Shown here piece after piece: positions 7,917-12,605 of a stretch of DNA of 12,605 nt. Origin of the DNA: Histomonas meleagridis 2922-C6/04-290x (taxonomy: Eukaryota; Protista; Parabasalia); NCBI GenBank assembly GCA_020184695.1, contig JAANOX010000110.1, positions 1-12,605 of the forward strand. Reading direction: 5' to 3'. Made by a program: the position numbers and the translations under genes. The number at the start of each line of letters is the position of its first letter. Position 1 is the stretch's first letter. Under the pieces are notes generated by a model. It was given only the letters and a program-made list of their open reading frames with translations. It was not told the origin of the DNA and ran no database searches.

Positions 7917-8593
7917 TCAGTGAGTGATATTTTGCATTAAATTTATATAAACCTCAGCCGAAAAATTCATTGAAGCTTCAATGTCTTTATCAACATCATA
8001 CATTTCAATGTTAAATTCATTAAATTCTTTACCGCGCAAATCCTTGTTATTTATTCGCCAGCAATACTTGGATAATAATTCATAGAAATTATCAATTATC
8101 TTTAATTCAGACCTTTTACGTAATTTTAAGGCGTCAGCATTATATGTCAATGCTTTACTTTCAAGTATTGAGTGATTGCTGAAAAAAATTTGAGTTTTTC
8201 TGTTGATTTTTCTGATTAACGCTTTTATTTCTGTTGAATCATTTTTTCAATCTCGATTATTGTAAAACTTTTAACTGAAACATCAAGAGTTAATTTCGGT
8301 ATATTTACAGCAGGAATTGATTTCGCAGATCTGAAAATTTGCTCTAAATATTGTTGGTTTCTTTTTAAGTTAACTTCAACCGGAAGTTGATGATTTAAAA
8401 TTTTGTTTTTGCATTTCTCAATAGTATTAGCATAATCATTAACTGAATCATCAATTTTATTGTCAATCTTTATATTATTTAATTTAGTTAAGCATAAAGC
8501 AGACGTTTGATTTTCGGAAACGAGTGTGGAGCAAGAATTTTTCATTAACATTTTTATAGAAATTAAAAAAATAAATTTTTTAAAAACTAGCAT
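7917..8593 (-). pseudogene. Hypothetical ~225-aa protein split by a 1-nt deletion in the homopolymer near 8243-8248
   Basis: The 122-aa ORF (IEIEK...) joins a stop-free frame NDSTEIKALIRKINRKTQIFFSNHSILESKALTYNADALK..., which is the 77-aa ORF, if one A is added to the A6 run. No recognisable family. Confidence 0.55.
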
Positions 8594-8644
8594 TAATTTT
8601 TTAAAGTTAATTTTTATTTTTTTTATTTTTTTATTTTATATAAA

Positions 8645-8941
8645 ATGGAAAGATTTTTTGATATAAATAAAATAAATGAAAATATTGACGAAGAAATAGA
8701 AACTGCAAAAATTCATTTAAATGAATTATATATTCATTTAATGACTACATTTATTGTAGAAAATGATTTAATAGAAAAATCACCATTAGAAATTTGTAAA
8801 CAATATTTAAAATTTATCGAACCGAAGAATAAAAGAAGTAAAAAGAATAAAAATATTATCGCAGAACAACATATAAAAATAAATGAAGTGTTAATTTATG
8901 TGAATGAATCATTAAAAAGAATTTATGAAATTATTGCCTAA
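8645..8941 (+). CDS. Hypothetical 98-aa charged, probably helical protein
   Basis: Intact ORF preceded by a T-rich tract and TAAAATG. It is divergent from 8593 and convergent with the fibre gene. No recognisable family. Confidence 0.55.
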   Translation: MERFFDINKINENIDEEIETAKIHLNELYIHLMTTFIVENDLIEKSPLEICKQYLKFIEPKNKRSKKNKNIIAEQHIKINEVLIYVNESLKRIYEIIA

Positions 8942-9901
8942 ATGGCATAAAATGCCTTGAGGCTCTAAGAGCTGAATACAGCTAACAGAGAATCAGAAGA
9001 TATAATTGCAGTAACTTTTCCAATAATCATATTATTTATTTTTGCCCTTAATGGTGTTTCATCATCTAATATTGATTAATCATATAGTACAGTATCACCA
9101 ATATTATATGCTGATGAATCATTAACTTTAGAATAATAATCTCCGTGAGTTGCAAAATCAATTGTATCTTTATTGATAGATACATCTTGTTTAATGGTAT
9201 CTCCTATTTGAAAAATTTCTCCAGCTGTATGTTTTGCGATACAAATTCCAATAAATTCTTTATAAGAACCATTGCTTTTTACTGACGGAATACAATTAGT
9301 AGAATCAGTAACTTAAGTATAATTATATTAATCATTTAATTTATATACGTTACCTGTAATAAATACAGGACAACCGATATTGAAATCATTTAATGTTAAT
9401 GTTTCGTTTATCGGCGCATAATGCACAATAGTATTATTAATCTGACCTCCACCACTACTTGATATAATAGCTTTTCTGTACGTGTCGTCTGATACATGCC
9501 AAAATCCTAATTCATTTTCATATGATGTCATACGCCAATTATACATTTATGGTGCTTCTGTTGAATTATTATGATGAACGAAATCTAAAAATCTTCCTGT
9601 TAATACAGAATTTTGATAAGGAACAATATCAGCAGGTTGATGAGTATGAGATGATGGAGTATATGTTGATGGTTTATTAGTTAAATCATTATAACTATGA
9701 GTATGTGTGTTTAAAGAAAAAATATCAACAGGTATATCATTAATAGAAATACAATTTATATTACCATCATTTCCATTTAAACTAATAACACCATCATTAT
9801 TATCAAGTTTACCGAAATACATAACATTGCCGGCAGTTCTTATTCTCCAAGAATAATCACTATTTAAATCATTATTATCATGAAAGTCAATATACTGTCC
9901 A

Positions 9902-10066
9902 ACTTCCATTACACCATCTGATTTAATAGTCGCGATTGATGGAATATTTACTGTTGAATTAGAACCTCCGCCAATACTGTTTGCAATATAATATCCGTTA
10001 ATGAAATTTGCGACAAGACTACCATTAATAGCTATATCATTATTAATAATTTCATGTGTGTGATTT
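9902..10066 (-). repeat. 165-bp intragenic direct duplication (second copy at 12399-12563)
   Basis: Both copies encode NHTHEIINNDIxINGSLVANxINxYYIxNSIGGGSNSTVNIPSIATIKSDGVMEV with few nucleotide differences. Confidence 0.9.
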
Positions 10067-10249
10067 AACGAAGAGTATTTATCATCAATATTATGTGTCG
10101 TTAATGAGTATTCATTATGTGTATGATTTGACGAAGAGTATTTATCATTATGATTATGTGTTGTTGATGAGTATTCATTATGAGTATGATTTAACGAAGA
10201 GTATTTATCATCATGATTATGTGTTGTTAATGAGTATCTTTCGTCATGA
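10061..10249 (-). repeat. 63-bp coding tandem repeat x3 (21-aa unit THNHxDKYSSxNHTHNEYSxT)
   Basis: Unit starts at 10061, 10124 and 10187. Each unit carries two HxH motifs, one degraded to HNI. Confidence 0.92.
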
Positions 10250-12398
10250 TTATGATATTTTAATAAGAATTCTTCAAGTAATTTTCCATTAATTGTTTCA
10301 CAATATAAATTACCATTAACATCATTATCAATAGTATCATGAGTATGATTTTTAAATGAAAAGTTACCAATAGATATATCATTAATAGAAATACAATTTA
10401 TATTACCAATAATATATATATCACTATTTACAATAAGTTCACCATTAATAGTAATAGCATAATTAAATTCTGTATGATTATGATCTAATAAAGAATATAT
10501 ATCATCATGATTATGTGTTGTTAAAGAAATATTATCAGTGTCAATGCCATAAATGCTATTACAACTAATATTACCGTTTCAAAATATACTCACATAATTG
10601 CCAAATACACCTATTTAAATTCTAATAGAATCACCCGGCACTGCATTAGTTCTATGAATAAACAATCCTTTATAAATATTTGTATCATTTGAATATTTAT
10701 CACAATCAATATTGATATTACATCCTGCTGTCAAAATTTCACATGAAATATCATTACCTACTAATAAATCTTGTTCAATCTTAGTCCAATCGCCATATTC
10801 ATTATATGATATTCCTGTTAAAGCCTTATTAATATCAGTTAAATTATCATTAGTTAAATACTGATCATGAGTATGATTTGTTAAAGAAAAGTTATTAGTA
10901 TCAATACCATTAATAATTGTACATTCTATATTACCATTTATTTTCACATCTTGATTAATTAACGTGTAAATTTCATAAATATCTTCTTCTTCAGTAGTTT
11001 CGACATAATCTTTATTATAACTAATACCTGTTAATTTATTGTTAATATTAAATATATCATTTTTTATCACGGATAATTCATCTAAATCAATACCATTAAT
11101 AGTAAAACATTCAATATTATCATTAACCTTCAAATCTTGATTAATTGACGTGTAGATTTCATATATTTCTTCCTCCTCTTCATTAGTTTCTAATAAATCT
11201 TTATGATAAGTTATTCCTGTATAATTATTTAAATCAGCAGCTATTAAATAATTATCATGTTTATGATTAACGAAGCGTTTATATATCTGACAATCAACTA
11301 ATAAATAACCTAATTCATTTGTTCTTTGTCCTTTATAAACATCTTTATAATAATAATACTTCAAATTTTTAAATATAATATTCATTTCTGGAAATAGATT
11401 TATTAAATAATTATATTCATTAAATTCTTGGTCTATATCTTCAGCGTCTGGAACTTCTAAATCTTCCAACATTTCACCTGTCGATATATCATATTCATCA
11501 AAAACTACTGATTTCAATGATGGTAACGGTAAATAACCTTTTGACTTCATAACATTAATACCAAAACTATTATATAAAAATCCTGCCCACCCAAAATTTT
11601 TTATTTGACTTACAATTTGAGCTATAGTATATGCTGTATCAGCAGCTGTAAAAAATGTATCTATTATATCAAATATACTATCAACAAAACTTTCTTTATA
11701 TGTAGATTCGCCGTCTTCTCCTGGAGGTCCCATTAAAATTTCTTGTATGTCTTCATCATCAATGATCATTTGTTTTGTTAAATAGTATTCTGTTTTTAAT
11801 TCTCCATCATTATTAATTATACCATAAGTATGTCCGCTATCCTCTAACATGATACTATTACCATTAGGAAAAATTTATTAATAAATTATTTTCAGTAATT
11901 CCTTCATCAGTAGTATTATCATAAGTTGATATACTGACTCCGTTTTCAAATGATATAACGTCTCCGGTAGATAAAATTCCGTCTTGAACTAATACTATTT
12001 CTTCTGTGTTAATATCATTAATTGTATTATTAACTATAATATCTTGATTTATTGAGGTATATTTTTCAGAAATATCTTTTTCTTCATTAGTAATTGTTTC
12101 TTTATTATAATATATTCCGGTTAATTTATGATTAATACTCTCTAAGTCAGTATTAGTTATATAATCACTATGAATATGATTCAACGTAGAGTATTTGTCG
12201 TCGTGATTATGTGTGTTTATAGATATATCATTTGTAGAAATATTATTAATACTATTTACTGTTATATTACCGTTATTATTAAAACTAATCGTCCTTCCAC
12301 CTTTTGCTTGAAAACTTAATGTATCGGTTATTGCTCTAATTCTCCACGTATTATCTTTATTATAATCATCTCTATAATGAAAATCAATATACTCACCG

Positions 12399-12563
12399 AC
12401 TTCCATGACTCCATCTGATTTAATAGTCGCGATTGATGGAATATTTACTGTTGAATTAGAACCTCCTCCAATACTGTTCGAAATATAATATTCGTTAATG
12501 GAATTTGCAACAAGACTACCATTAATAGATATATCATTATTAATAATTTCATGTGTGTGATTT
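12399..12563 (-). repeat. 165-bp intragenic direct duplication (partner of 9902-10066)
   Basis: Same sequence block as 9902-10066, read directly. Confidence 0.9.
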
Positions 12564-12605
12564 TTTAATGTAAAATCACTGATAGAATAACCATTAATGG
12601 TACAC

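Larger units (their letters stand above)
6964..12605. mobile_element. Right virus-like (Maverick/Polinton-like) element segment(s), decayed and rearranged, continuing beyond the window
   Basis: Hairpin cluster, conserved block B, truncated copy of the small gene, two hypothetical genes and a >3.6-kb tail-fibre-like gene. It may be a mosaic of more than one insertion (junction at 7717/7718). Confidence 0.55.
8965..12605 (-). pseudogene. Phage tail-fibre-like protein, copy 2 (>1200 aa, 5' end outside the window); one frameshift and six in-frame stops
   Basis: The frame is open from the window edge (CTINGYSISDFTLKNHTH...) through the 180-aa ORF. An extra T near 11870 shifts it, then one frame links the 411-, 120- and 72-aa ORFs through stops at 10615, 10579, 9547, 9328, 9313 and 9076 to ...DTIDFATHGDYYSKV...LLAVFSS* (TAG 8967-8965). 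It has 16 HxH motifs and a C-terminal domain homologous to copy 1. Confidence 0.82.

Noticed and set aside
10061-10249. CRISPR-like or DGR-like interpretation of the regular repeats and the 165-bp duplicate
   Set aside because: The units are contiguous in-frame coding repeats without unique spacers. The differences between the 165-bp copies are not restricted to adenines, and no cas or RT gene is present.
10056-10292. 78-aa plus-strand repetitive ORF
   Set aside because: Antisense shadow of the 63-bp tandem repeat in the fibre gene, whose HxH frame is on the minus strand.

Overview
Very AT-rich eukaryotic DNA, most likely from a parabasalid (trichomonad) protist. This assignment is inference: genes are intronless, an Inr-like TCATT lies 21-25 nt upstream of the host gene, and the small proteins and fibre C-termini resemble repeat families I recall from Trichomonas. 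One intact host gene (5570-6538, a sphingomyelin/IPC-synthase-like membrane protein lacking the catalytic His/Asp residues) lies between two related, decaying virus-like (Maverick/Polinton-like) segments arranged head-to-head. Each segment begins with the same ~140-155 bp non-coding block carrying a GCTCGCTCCG(C/T)TCGC motif, followed by the same small ~110-aa gene. Each side also has a large phage-tail-fibre-like gene with HxH repeats, 'DGVMEVGxYIDFH...WRI' modules and a shared C-terminal domain. The right copy has a cluster of three hairpins, one with a perfect 32-bp stem. A defective Tc1/IS630-type (DD34E) transposon is nested in the left segment. No capsid, polymerase, ATPase or integrase gene is visible in the window, so the element class is inferred.
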